In this document: positions 1 to 11,779 of the stretch, one piece after another
Position numbering within the stretch: position 1 is the stretch's first letter
Layout of the letters: each line of letters begins with the position of its first letter
Source of the DNA: Eledone cirrhosa
Lineage: Eukaryota
Direction: 5' to 3'
Assembly: GCA_964016885.1 (NCBI GenBank)
Contig: OZ024740.1
Location: 360,282,001 to 360,346,000 of the forward strand
DNA: 64,000 nt
Program-made: the position numbers and the translations under genes
Notes under the pieces: model-generated
Seen by the model: the letters and a program-made list of their open reading frames with translations, nothing else
What the model was told of the DNA's origin: nothing
Databases searched by the model: none

Positions 1-2410
1 CGACGGCCTACCGCGACTCTCGGACAGCGAGGCAAAGTTCTGCGAAAACCCGATTTCAGCCACTGAGATAGGGGACGCGCTGAGCCAATGCGGCAAACGC
101 AAATCTCCAGGTCTCGACGGTCTACCCTACGAATTTTACGTAGCAATGCCGGACTTATTCTCCGGTCTCCTGGAAGCGGTCTATTGCAACTGGCAACAGA
201 ACGGGAGAATTCCCAGTTCTGTAACCGAGGGCGTGGTCACACTAATCAGGAAGGACGAGAATAAGGGGGATGACATAGGCAACTTCCGGCCCATAACTCT
301 GCTAAACACAGAGTTACAGATTTTGGCCAAGGTGTTGGCAAAGAGGCTGGCGCTTGTCGTCAAGAACCTGGTGGGAGAAGCGCAGACATGCGCAATCCCG
401 ACCAGGTCCATACACGACAACCTCCACCTCATGCGATACATCATAGAGAGGGTAGGGTGTAAACCCGGCTTCGGTGGGGCCCTGATCAACTTGGATCAGT
501 CTAAGGCTTTCGATAGGGTTGACCATCGTTACCTGGATGCGGTGCTCGAGGCGGCAGGCTTCGGACCCGTGTTCAGGGGCTGGATTGCTGCAATGCACAA
601 CAGCAACATCTGCTCAAGGGTCAAGGTGAACGGCTACCTCTCGGAGCCGTTCCATATTACGCGATCCATTCGACAGGGATGCCCTCTCTCCTCCCTTCTG
701 TACGTACTGACTCTCGAGCCACTACTGCGGAAGTTGGAGCTATTGCAGGGCATCCCTCTGGAACCGGGACTGCGGAAAGCGGCGTCGGCCTACGCCGACG
801 ACTTGACAGTAATGGTGTCGAGCGCCTCGCAAATCGAGGAAGTCGCCACCTTACTGAAGGAATACGAAAGTTTCACAGGAGCGAAGCTGAACCGGGACTA
901 GTCCATCGGTTTGCAACTCGGATCATGGAGAGGCAAACCGATGCCTTCCGATGGCGTCGTCGGACGCTCGACGGAAGGACCGGTAAAGCTGCTCGGGGAA
1001 GGTTTGGTCCGGACCTCCAGGTGGAGAAGAACTGGAACGAAGTGACGGCCAAGGTGTTTGCAATCACCCAGAAGTGGGCCGAGTGCAAACTATCCTTGAA
1101 AGGTCGAGCGGAGGTGGCGAACACTTTTATAGCGTCCGCCATCTACTACCGCTTGACCGTCGTACCTTGTCCAGCCAAAACGCTCGCCAAAATGGAACGC
1201 GCGCACTTCCGATTCCTTTGGAAGAGGCGGGCTCCTTTGGTGAGAAGATCCATCTGCTGCCAACACCCTTCTAACGGAGGGCTGGGGATGTCGTGGTTGA
1301 CGATGCGCAAACGCGCTCAGGCTGCGGCATCTCTACGTATTCCTCACCGGACAACCGGTGTGGGCCCCGTTCGTGAGGCGAGCCTTCCCACGACTCGTCT
1401 CGCTGACCGAGCTGCAGTCCTGGGTCAAGCAAAGACCGAGGAAAATGGGCGACTGGCACATCGAATGTGCTCACGCGCTCACAGCCCTCTGGCAGGCGGA
1501 CCCGGCGATCAGTGGAGACTCCACTTCGTCATTCTATAGAGGGTTGATCCGCAGCAAGTGCGACGACGCGCTCGGTGAAACTCTAGGCGTAGAGGAAGAT
1601 GAACTGGCCAGTCTGTTCGGTAGGACCTTCCGCCCGGGACCGATGGACAACTTCCAAAAGTCCCTGGCCTGGCAGTGCTACCGAGGAGCTGTACCAGTTC
1701 GAGACAAGCTCTACAGACATGGGCTCCCGGGCAGGGACCCTGCAAAAAAGATCTGTCCGAGGTGCGTGCGAGACGAAGAAACCGTCGCGCACGCATTCAT
1801 ACACTGCCCGGGCGTCACTGACCTGTGGGGCTATGTAGAACGACTATTGTCGCGGGTGGGACCAATCCAGTTGACCACCGAGTCCATTGTCATGATCAAA
1901 CCGCCACCCTCCTTCAAAAACGAAGGAGAGGCGGTTTTCCTTTGTGTGATAGCTATGGCGAAAGAGGTTGTATGGTGGACGAGGTTGAAAGGGGTGAGGT
2001 CAGACACCTTTCTCTCCGGCCAACAACTGATTCTTTTTTTCAAATACCACTTTGGAAGAAGAATCAGGATGGAGAGAGAGGTGCTGTACCCCAGCAAGTT
2101 TTATGAAAGGTGGGTGAAAGTGGCGAGAATGGCCCGAGTGAATGGGCCTTCTCTATATATCAGCTTGTAGGTTGAGGAAAAGGGGGAGGAGAGGAAAGGA
2201 GTACAAACTCTTCGTACTCCTGGAGATGAGGGTTGCACATTTTTTTTTCGGGGTATGTGTTACCCATATAAACTGTCTCCCTCTATTGGGGAAAATCGAC
2301 TAACTTTTTAAATTCCATTTGTGATAACATTTTACACGTTTTTATTGTATGTAAACTTACCCCTTTGTATTTGTCCCCTTCTTTTGTGCCCCTGTGGCTA
2401 ATAAAGAAAT
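1..2410 (+). mobile_element. Tx1/L1-clade non-LTR retrotransposon, 3' part of ORF2 (RT + C-terminal zinc knuckle) and 3' UTR; disrupted
   Basis: Frame from base 2 reads SPGLDGLPYEFY, FRPITLLN, LDQSKAFDRV, RQGCPLS, YADD. Stop at 899-901 and frameshifts near 998 and about 1320. Later frames give GGLG and CPRC-x8-H-x4-C, ending at 2170. AATAAA at 2400-2405 is followed by a microsatellite. Confidence 0.92.
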
Positions 2411-2429
2411 CTATCTATCTATCTATCTA

Positions 2430-2465
<36 letters not shown>
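2411..2465. repeat. Compound microsatellite (CTAT)n(CT)n(AT)n
   Basis: Directly visible at the 3' junction of the Tx1 element. Confidence 0.95.
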
Positions 2466-2760
2466 GGGTGGGTAAAATTCTCGAGATCCATGGACGAATT
2501 CTCTCCAGCGGTCTCTGTCCCTCATTATCGCTGCCATGTTCTGCATCTCCAACAGACCAGTGTCTGTACTTAGGGCATCAACATATGTTAACTTCGGTCT
2601 TGCTCTTCCAGTGTGTCCATGCAGGGGCTCCCACAGGAGCACTGAGTGTAGTGTCAATTCTGGATGTCGGTGAGCATGTCCAACTAACCTCAGTCTCCTC
2701 TGTGTCACTTTTGAGCTGACTTTTGGGAGGCACCTGTACAGCTCTGAGTTCTTCATCCTC
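2466..2760 (-). mobile_element. RTE-clade LINE 3' fragment
   Basis: RRLRLVGHAHR...GRARPKLTYVD...DRDRWR is the typical RTE C-terminus. Confidence 0.8.
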
Positions 2761-2863
2761 AGTGTATACTGATTAATGTTCAGGTAAACAGAAATAACAA
2801 CACAATCGGTACAGTATATGGAAGGGATATATTAGATTAACGCTTGATATAGTAGGAAGAGGG

Positions 2864-2900
2864 TCTTAACTTTTCGGGCGCTAGTCCTTCATCAGAAGAA
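2864..2900 (-). ncRNA. Minimal hammerhead-like motif (Penelope-type)
   Basis: Minus strand reads UCUU-CUGAUGA-AGG-acuagcg-CCC-GAAA-AGUU-AAGA; UCUU/AAGA can form stem I. Confidence 0.45.
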
Positions 2901-3487
2901 AGAATGAGAAATAACATAGTTTGAGGGGACGGGCGGGTTGGAATTGGAAAAAATGTCTTTAGATAAAAATAACAGGTTCATTCAAGTATCATGCCACGTT
3001 TAAATAGAGAGATCGGAGCATTACGCCTACAACAAGCTATGTAAAGATTCACCGCTACCTTCAGGCCCCAGTGGTCTACAGTCAATTACAGACCATTACT
3101 ACCTCTCTCTCTTGGTCTCAGACTAAACCAGACTCACGACGAGAACTACTACCACGGACTGCGACGCCCAACAAACTTTATCTGGTCGCTCGCTGTTTTC
3201 ACATCAACAACAAAATAACTATGTCAACCTTCGCAACTCGTGGTAACTTGATTATTAAACTTTTTGTAAAGAACAATTATATAAATATATATATATATAT
3301 TTTTTTACAGGTTATATATGAATGTCATTTTTATTTTTTTTATTCGTTTTACTGTATTATATGCCGGTATCAATAACACGTTTTGCCTCAAACACACATC
3401 ATTTTCTTTGTCACACACCAACATGTTTTTGTCTATGGTATATTCTGGATTCAGTTGGGTCTCACCGAGATCACTTTTCAACTGGTC

Positions 3488-3812
3488 GAGGTACGGCAAC
3501 AGCTATTAAACACATGAGAAACTCACCCACGGGTACTACACGCTTTGACTCACTAAAGCACGTAACTCAAAATTGTACTCACTCATATCATAGCATAAAC
3601 CTCGACTCACTGGAAAAGCATCTTACTTATGATAATATATCGAGATACAACGGGTTGAGGTACGGCAACAGCTATTAAACACATGATAAACAACCCACGG
3701 TTACTACTCGCTTGGACTCACTCAAACACGCAACTCAAAATTGGACACATTCATGTCATAGAGTAAACATCGACCCACTGTAAGAGAATCTTACGTATGA
3801 TGATACATCGAG
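3488..3812. repeat. Diverged tandem duplication, about 168-bp unit x2
   Basis: GAGGTACGGCAACAGCTATTAAACACATGA starts both units (about 3489 and 3657); both end ...ATCGAGA. Confidence 0.85.
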
Positions 3813-4316
3813 AGAAATAATCTTCTGTGTTATCATATCGTAATCCGATACCGTAACCCCAATGTTCAGACATCCATACACAACAGTTCGAAATACATAT
3901 ATTTACAGTTTCTTCTAAATGTTACACACACACATGCATACACAGTGATACGATATATATTTTTTTCTCTCTCCAAATTTCTCTGCACTCGAAATGCGGG
4001 CACAGTACCCACATTTTGTGTGTTTTGGGACACGCTTCTAGAATCGGATTTCGCTACCCCTTTTATAATCGATCGTAGCAGAAGCAAAGGGGACAACCGT
4101 CTATGCATTTCAGGCTTCTTTCGAAATACAAATTTCTATACATATTGTATAAAGCTATGCTTGAAGCGAAATCGTATTTCTTTTCTATTATAAGTTGAGC
4201 CAACTTATGCATCTTCATATGCAAATGAGATTAATCACCTCATTTACCCAGACGAGAAAACTATATGTTCTCAGCTGTTTTCAAGTCCAGCAGTCGCGAG
4301 CAGTGGGAAGGAGAGA

Positions 4317-4359
4317 TCGTCCTGACGATGGCCAGTCAAGCCTGAAAAATGCATAGATG
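4317..4359 (+). ncRNA. Type I minimal hammerhead-like motif with palindromic helix III, within an inverted repeat (4077-4117 / 4338-4380)
   Basis: CGUC-CUGACGA-U-GGC-cagucaa-GCC-U-GAA(aa)-AUGCAU-A-GAUG; the inverted partial copy reads GAAAUGCAUAGACG. Confidence 0.6.
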
Positions 4360-4491
4360 GTTGTCTCCCTTGCTTCTGCTGGACAACACCAGAGGGCGTT
4401 AGCCCCCCCCCCCCCCCCGGTGTTCGCATAGCTACGGCCTCCTAAAATTGTATTTCTTTCGAAATACGAAATTTCTATACATATTGTATTA

Positions 4492-5697
4492 CAGGGAAAA
4501 ATGCGGGCGCATGTAAAGAAATATTCTTAAATTAATAAACCTAGAAAAGTAAAGGACAAGTTATTACACCTGGAAAAGTAAAGGACAAGAAAACTTCTTA
4601 AAACTTCTTAAAATATTGCAGCTATAGTATAAATTTGAATAATAAAAAATATTTGATTTAAATATACATAGAAAGTGATAAATTCTAATAATACAGTTGA
4701 CTCTCTAATTGATAATAATACTAATTTATGATCATTTATTTAATTTTGTGATCCTAATTTACACCATAGTGGTTGGGTCATTAAATAAATATACTTTATT
4801 TTACTTTACTAAATGGGACTGAAAAAATGAGTGACAATTATAAACATCAAATAAAACAAAATTTTGGCGTGTAAATGACACTAACAATTAATTAATAATT
4901 AATTAGGGAGCCAACTGTAATGATAAATAATAACAAATTATAATTGTTTAATAATGAAATTTAAGACCTGTCAGAGATCAAAATAACCAATCTACATTTT
5001 TAGGTAGAGTAAAATTAGACTACAATTAAAAATTAAACATTGTCTAATTCAACAGTTCATCTAATGAATTGATGAATTCACTATAATTGATTGATTCACT
5101 ATAAATGAATAATTGATGAATTGACTTTTACCTAATTTTGCCCCTTGAGATGTTGAATTTTACTATATTATAAAAAAAAATCTGTAATACTCATAAAAAG
5201 TGCAATTATATGATGCACTGTTTTTGATTTATTTTACTGCATTATTTTATAACTAAATTTTTAAAAATATAATTTGATTAAGGGTGTAAATTTTTAAATA
5301 TCTTATAACATGAATTAATAAATTGTACATATTAATTATTATTATTATTATTAAATAATTATTGTACAAATTATTGTACAAATTTTATTTTAAAAAGATT
5401 AATTTGTATACACCAAGAAAAAAATTAAGTATACAGTAGTCAACTCTCCCTATAAGACAGTCATTTTTCCAGTCCTTTAAAGTGATATTTTTTTAACAAT
5501 TAACTTATAATTATTTATTTTTAGTTTTATAATCTAAATATTTTTTTTCAAATTTAGACTTTAGCTGCAATATTTTAAGAAGTTTTAAGAAGAAGTTTTC
5601 TTGTCCTTTACTTTTCCAGGTGTAATAACTTGTCCTTTACTTTTCTAGGTTTATTAATTTAAGAATATTTCTTTACATGCGCCCGCATTTTTCCCTG
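4492..5697. mobile_element. Non-autonomous Tc1/mariner-type DNA transposon (MITE) with about 133-bp TIRs
   Basis: TA|CAGGGAAAAATGCGGGCGC...GCGCCCGCATTTTTCCCTG|TA; near-perfect TIRs at 4492-4624 and 5562-5697; very AT-rich non-coding interior. Confidence 0.88.
4694..4917. mobile_element. Nested pogo/Tigger-like MITE
   Basis: TA|CAGTTGACTCTCTAATT ... AATTAGGGAGCCAACTG|TA, imperfect TIRs with TA flanks. Confidence 0.6.
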
Positions 5698-5773
5698 TAA
5701 TCCACTTTTTTTCCAGGCAATGCAAGGATATTATATTAATATTAAAAATATTTATCAACAAATAAGTTAAATA

Positions 5774-5964
5774 AATAATTGTTTCTACTTTAGGCACAAG
5801 GCCAGCAATTACCCAGTGCATTACTGGTACTTTATTTTATCGACCCCGTAAGGATGAAAGGCAAAGTCAACCTCGGCGGGATTTGAACTCAGATCGTAAA
5901 GGGACGTAACTATGCTGGAAAGCATGGCGTCCGATCCTCTACCGATACTGCCAATCCACCGCCC
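5774..5964 (-). mobile_element. tRNA-derived SINE, family A
   Basis: Minus strand has an A box (TGGCAGTATCGG), a B box (GAGTTCAAATCC) and the core CTTTCATCCTTACGGGGTCGATAAAAT; nearly identical to the copies at 26295 and 31994. Confidence 0.88.
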
Positions 5965-6012
5965 TTAGTTAAATAAATAATAATGAATAGGAAGAAGTGC
6001 AGATAGGAAAAG

Positions 6013-6085
6013 TAATCAGGGTGGGAATCGAACCCACGACCTTCGGATTGCCGGTCCGCTGCTCTACCGACTGAGCTATCTGACC
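6013..6085 (-). tRNA. tRNA-like gene or pseudogene, anticodon GGC (Ala)
   Basis: 73-nt cloverleaf: GGTCAGA TA GCTC AGTCGGTA GAGC A GCGGA CC-GGC-AA TCCGA AGGTC GTGGG TTCGATT CCCAC CCTGATT A, followed by CTTTT. Mismatches at 7:66 and 27:43, and C33 replaces U33. Confidence 0.65.
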
Positions 6086-6882
6086 ACAATTCGCTATTGC
6101 ACAATCTATCACTATTTTAATGTATTAGAAATTAGAAACAAACTAAGCGTTACTTATGTATATAGTTCTTTACACTCTTTTGGTCCTCACTTATTTTTAT
6201 GTAACTTTTTTTCTACTGAACCAAATTTCAATATTTTTATGTCAAAAAGTAACTTATCTGTGGTCCTATAAAGTGCAAAAAACAGCATCCAATTCTATCA
6301 AAAATTGAATTAGTTACAAAGCTTTGAAGGTGTCGCGAGTGACCGAAATGGGACCTTAAGAATATTATACACCTACTACCGTAGGTGTATGATAAAGCTA
6401 TGCTTGAAGCGAGATCCTATTTCTTTTATATATATATATATAAACGGAAAAAAATGTAACGAAATTTCATTTCTCACTCTTAGTACGGCTGTTACTTAAA
6501 TATAAGTATGTATACGTACATACATATATGTATACAGACGTACAGTAGTATGTATATATATATACATACATGCACACATATATATATGTACGTATGGATT
6601 CACCGAACATTTATTATAATGCTCGGTGTGTTTGTAAACAAACATCCCGAATTAAGCTGTACAGTGTCTAGCAACCATCGTTGCTCATTTGTTCAACACT
6701 GACAAAGGAATGCTGTACTAGTTTCAAGCTTATTAGCTATCGTCAGCACCGTATACCTTCCTGCCAGATGGTTGAACGTCTGAAAGTATATACTTTCCTC
6801 TAGTATATACTTTCATCTAGAAACGATCGTAAAGCAGTGAAGTATATCTCTAATGACTTGATTTTTTATTTCATTGTTTTAA

Positions 6883-6921
<39 letters not shown>

Positions 6922-6924
<3 letters not shown>

Positions 6925-7484
6925 AACGAGTAGGACCCCAACGGCTGAGCTCAAGCCGTTTCGACGGCTAATTCTTGACTAAACGAAAATTTTTATCCTG
7001 GTATTTGAATAGCCGAGCCTCTCAAGGGGTAATTCCATATATGGTCAAAGTGATTGTCACAGGGATTGGTCAAAAGTTTGTAGTTGAGACATAATAATTC
7101 TATGATGGCAATTAGTGGAGGGAAGGGGTAGCTAAACCTGCCAGTAGGAGAAAGAGGGAGAGGGGGTGGAGGAGACCCATTTATGCGTTGATAGTACCGG
7201 CTACAGCTGGGTGTGAGGTCAAAGAAGATACTAGGGAGGGGGAGGGGGAGGAAGTCGAAACAGTAAGTAGAACAATGAGGGGTAAATATATAGAAAAATA
7301 GTGAGAGTGTTAAAAAGCAATTAAATGTAAAAAAAAGAAAACAATTTCTGGTTACTAAGACCTAAGTCTCTCACTATTGCTAGCCGTCGGGGTCCTACTC
7401 ATTCCTATTATCCACTCTACTACCCTAAGTATTGAGTACTTTGGTGCGTTATGGTCCACCTGGTTCCTTACCACATTTCTTCCG

Positions 7485-7487
<3 letters not shown>
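6922..7487. mobile_element. Non-coding element with hammerhead-like motif and inverted ends (Penelope pLTR-like), inserted in (TA)n
   Basis: Flanked on both sides by (TA)n. A 24-bp inverted repeat links 6923-6946 and 7382-7405. A hammerhead-like fold lies at 6935-7030 (-). The tail is shared with 37201-37390 and 57128-57217. Confidence 0.65.
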
Positions 7488-7572
<85 letters not shown>

Positions 7573-7971
7573 TTAGAAAGTAAAAGGAACACAAACAAGA
7601 GATAGACATTTTCCCTTCATTAGCTGTGTACTACGGATCACAGATGTTTCAGTGCATTATAGACAATACATCTATCCGTAGGGCGCCCATAACTTATCAA
7701 AAAGTTATGAGGGAAAGAAACGATAGCAAAGAAAGAAAAAGAGAAGAAAAAAGGAAAAAAAAGGGAAAAACATACCGATAGGAGGGGAAAACACAGGACA
7801 ATGTCACATGTAAGTAAGTAACCAGGAGGAGAGAGAGGACGAAGTTAAAAAAAGGCAGTTGGGCTTAACCCCAGGGCCCTATTAACAGCGGAGAGCTAAG
7901 AGAAATACGCCTATTCTCAGTGAAAACGGGTGCGGAGAGAGAGACGTAGAAAACGGAAGTGGCAAGGGGGC

Positions 7972-8108
<137 letters not shown>

Positions 8109-8225
8109 ATCCCTGATTCAATCGGGGGTAATCACAGTAAGTAAGGTACTCAATATATAGCAGAGTATAAATATTTAATATAGAAATGGCTTCTATGGGA
8201 CTAGAACTGTTTCATTGGAAGGAAA

Positions 8226-10970
8226 TCATCATCACCATCATCGCTTTTACGTTCGCCTACCATGCTTGCATGAGTTGGATGGGTCTTTCTTGGTACGTCA
8301 TCTCTCCACTTGTCGCGTTCCTTCGTCATCCCCTCTTCTTGTCTTATATATCTTGCGATTTGATGTCAGCTCTCACAACCTCTGCCCAAGTCTTTCTTTG
8401 TCGTCCTCTACTGCGGCTTCCTTGCACTGGGATTCCTTAGCATTCCTTTATACATCTTCATTGTCCATGTGCCTAACTTTTCCATACCAACGCACTCTTT
8501 TCTACTGATCACCATCTTGGATTCTCCTTAAATCCAATTTCTCCCTCAAATCGTCCAAGCTCTGCCTTTTTTCTACATTTACATTGCACTTCCAACAGAG
8601 CATGGTTGCTTCATTTCTCTCCATGTCTGCTGCAGTCACAGCCATGTTTCACTACCATGCAGCATCGCGCATCGCACACAGGAGTCATGCAGTATTCCTT
8701 TTGTAAATAGGGAAAAACCTTTTGTTGACAACTGTGGCAGTAATTCTCTAAAGTTCTTACTCTAGCTATTATACTCTCGGTGCACCCTCATCCGTTGCTA
8801 ATTAGGTCACTTAGATATCATAAGCTATCAACCACATCAATGAGTCCTTCCTGACACTGGAAAAGGTTTATATCATTAGCACTCTTCCTCTCGATTTCTC
8901 CTGTGCCTCTTCTACATGCAAAGTTCTCCCTTGCTGTTAATCTACTCGTTAGCCCACTACATATTTTGTGTACCCAAGATTTACCTTGCGTACATTGTAT
9001 GGAGATTATGCCTACTCCTCTTCTGCTTATTGAGCATGGCCACTTCCCCGAGGGAATCTGGGTCTTATCTTCTCTCCTACTCACTAGCACTTTAGTTTTG
9101 GCTAAGTTTATTCTCAAACCTTTTGATTCCATATTTAGTTTCCATAATTGGAATTTATTCAGTTCTTTTTTTGGTTTTAGCTATGAAACTAAATCGTCTG
9201 CATAGAGAAGTTCCCATGGGCAGACCGTTTTAAACTCCTCTGTTATGGCCTGAAGAACTATGATGAACAGCCGTGGGCTAAGAACTAAACCTTGATAAAC
9301 TCCTACCTGTACCTTGAATTCCTCGCTAGACTCATTTCTTACTCTTAAAGCGATGATTTGATGGTCGTGTTGGTAGTTGGTTGTGTTGTGGTGTTGATTC
9401 GTTTGTTGCGTGTGTGCTCACTTGTAGCTTGTTGTGTCGCGTGGTCACTGTTGTGTGATACAATATAACCAGAGGTTGCATGTGTGTAGATAAGTGAGTA
9501 AGTGTTCATCAAGATGATTTTAATATGATAGTTCTTTGATCACGCAGGAAATGAATATATATATAAATGAACCACGATAACACCAAACCGCTATATTATT
9601 AATTTATTGAAAATAGCTCACGCCGAAGCTATACGAAAAATAAACAAGAATTATGGATGTTATTTGTTAGTTTGTAAAAGTAGAGTTAAAGTCGTATTTA
9701 CCAAGAAAACTTCATGAATTTCACTGGCTTGATTAAGAGAGAGACCAAGAGATAGAGAATGGTTGAAAGAGAGAGAGAGAGAGAGTAAGAGAAAGTAAGA
9801 GTCAGGAAGACCCAAAGTGTCTGTGGAAAGCAAATGTTTACATGTTTACTCTATCAAGAATCGCTCCGAACTGCCTGGACTGATCTAAGGCATGCGATTT
9901 ATCTACGTTGCTTCCTTTGTCTCCAAGACTTGAGAACAAAGGGCTGCCCTTTCAAGGTCGTCCAATCTCAGACCTGTTGACGCCTGAAAGGAGATAACCC
10001 AGACAATAACCGCTAAATGTCACCCAGGGGTCAACGTGTGGACAGATTTCGCTACACTTTCACTTTACTGATACCTCTTCTGTATATAGCTTGCACTGCT
10101 CTCACAAGCCATTATTCTACACCTAATTCCCTTAAGGACCATCAAATAATTAATCGAGGTACTGTGTCAAAGGCCTTTTCTAGATCAACAAAAACTAAAT
10201 ATAGTGGCTTATATTTGGCTAGGATACTTCTGTTATGGTTGCCTCACTAAGAAGAGGGCATCTGTAGTACTTTTCCCAAGCATGATACCAAAGTGCCTCT
10301 CATCTATTTTGACCTTGTAGCAATTTATGATTGTACTGCTGCGCCAGTCATTAGGTATGACTCCATCATGTATTACTTGGTTTACTATACGGGTTACTAA
10401 CTTGACTCCTATATCTCCCGATGCTTTTAGCATCCCAGCAACTACTTCTGATGGTCCCGCAGCTTTAGCATTCTTCTTCTCCTGATTGCGTCTTTGGCCC
10501 TAAAACTATAAACTTCAATAGCTGGTTCTTCCTTTGGGTAAGTCGGAGGTAATTTCCCTTCCTCCCATTCATTCTCTCCATTCATCAATCTCTCATAGTA
10601 ACATTTCCAGGAATTTGGGCATCAGTGGTGCTACGTGCACTATTGTCATTTCTAACACATTTCCCCCCCAACAACTCGATTCACAAACATACTACCTTGC
10701 AATACAGAACACTTCACGTCTCTGGTCCTTATGTTACAAAACATTGATAACTTTACTTTCTTCAGCCTCTCCCCATGCTGTTTATACCTGTCGCCTAGCT
10801 TCTTTCTTAGTTACTTGGTATCGGTCTCCGCAATCCCCATTTTTCGAGTCTTTCCATGTCTGTCTCATGGTTTTAATGTGCTGTTCCACTACCAGATCAC
10901 CCTCAGTCTGGTTGGCGCTTTACTCCTGCCGCAAGTCTCTCCAGTAGTTCGCAAAAGGTTGTCGCGTTAG
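8226..10970 (-). mobile_element. Degenerate RTE LINE (PHD-in-RT family), split by an unrelated insertion at about 9346-10060
   Basis: Minus-strand fragments GKSTTDALFLVRQ, WELLYADD and GKWPCSI...CTQG..VHKIC; (GAT)n tail at about 8226-8241. Confidence 0.85.
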
Positions 10971-11779
10971 AATTTCCTTTTGTCTCTACATTATATATAT
11001 CTAGCTAGTCATCCGTCCCATCAAGTGCTTTCCGTAGGGCCTTTCTAAACGTAGCAGCTGCCGAAGAATATTGAAGTTATCGAACCCCATCAAGGTTTCT
11101 CATACTCAGGAACTACTTGTCCATTCCTAAGCTTCTGTGTCTGCTCAGGGTCAGCCCCTCTCACAGATTTCCGTCCTGCCTCCAACACTTCGACGACCTA
11201 ATCTTCGAGAGACTCGAGTGCCTGGTCAATGTTAGACTCTCTCCAGAGTCCCGCGATCAGGCTGCATTGCCCAAGCGATTTGAGGGTCTTGGTCTTCGTA
11301 AATGTTTGTCCCTCTCTCTTCCCTGCTTCCTTTGCTCCACCCACGCTTGCTCCACCCTGGTGAGCAGCATCCTCTCCTCTCCAGCATGGACTAGTTCCAA
11401 CAGGAAGTTGAGTGAAGCTCTCCAGCAATGGAGTGAGTTGGGCTTGTCTCTTCCTGAGAAGGTGGAGGACAGTCGAAGTCAGAGAACTTGGGACAGCATA
11501 AGTTTTTAGAAATAGTTATTTTGTAGTATGTTCACCAATTTAGAACGTGTATTTTAGTTGAGAGTTATATGGGTTGTTATGAATGTTAATATTTGTTTGT
11601 GTATTGTATGACAGAGAGTTTTAGAATATGTTATTTTGTAGATGTTTGTGTTGAGAATGTATATATTTGTGTATTGTATCACAGAAGTCACCATTGAAGA
11701 TGTTAAAAGCAATGTTGTGGAAAATAGAATCTTACGACTTTATAATGTTTATAATATATAATTTATTTACAACAAATTA

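Noticed and set aside
6782-6815. Short palindrome GAAAGTATATACTTTC with a partial repeat
   Set aside because: Too short and AT-rich to distinguish from chance or a local slippage event.
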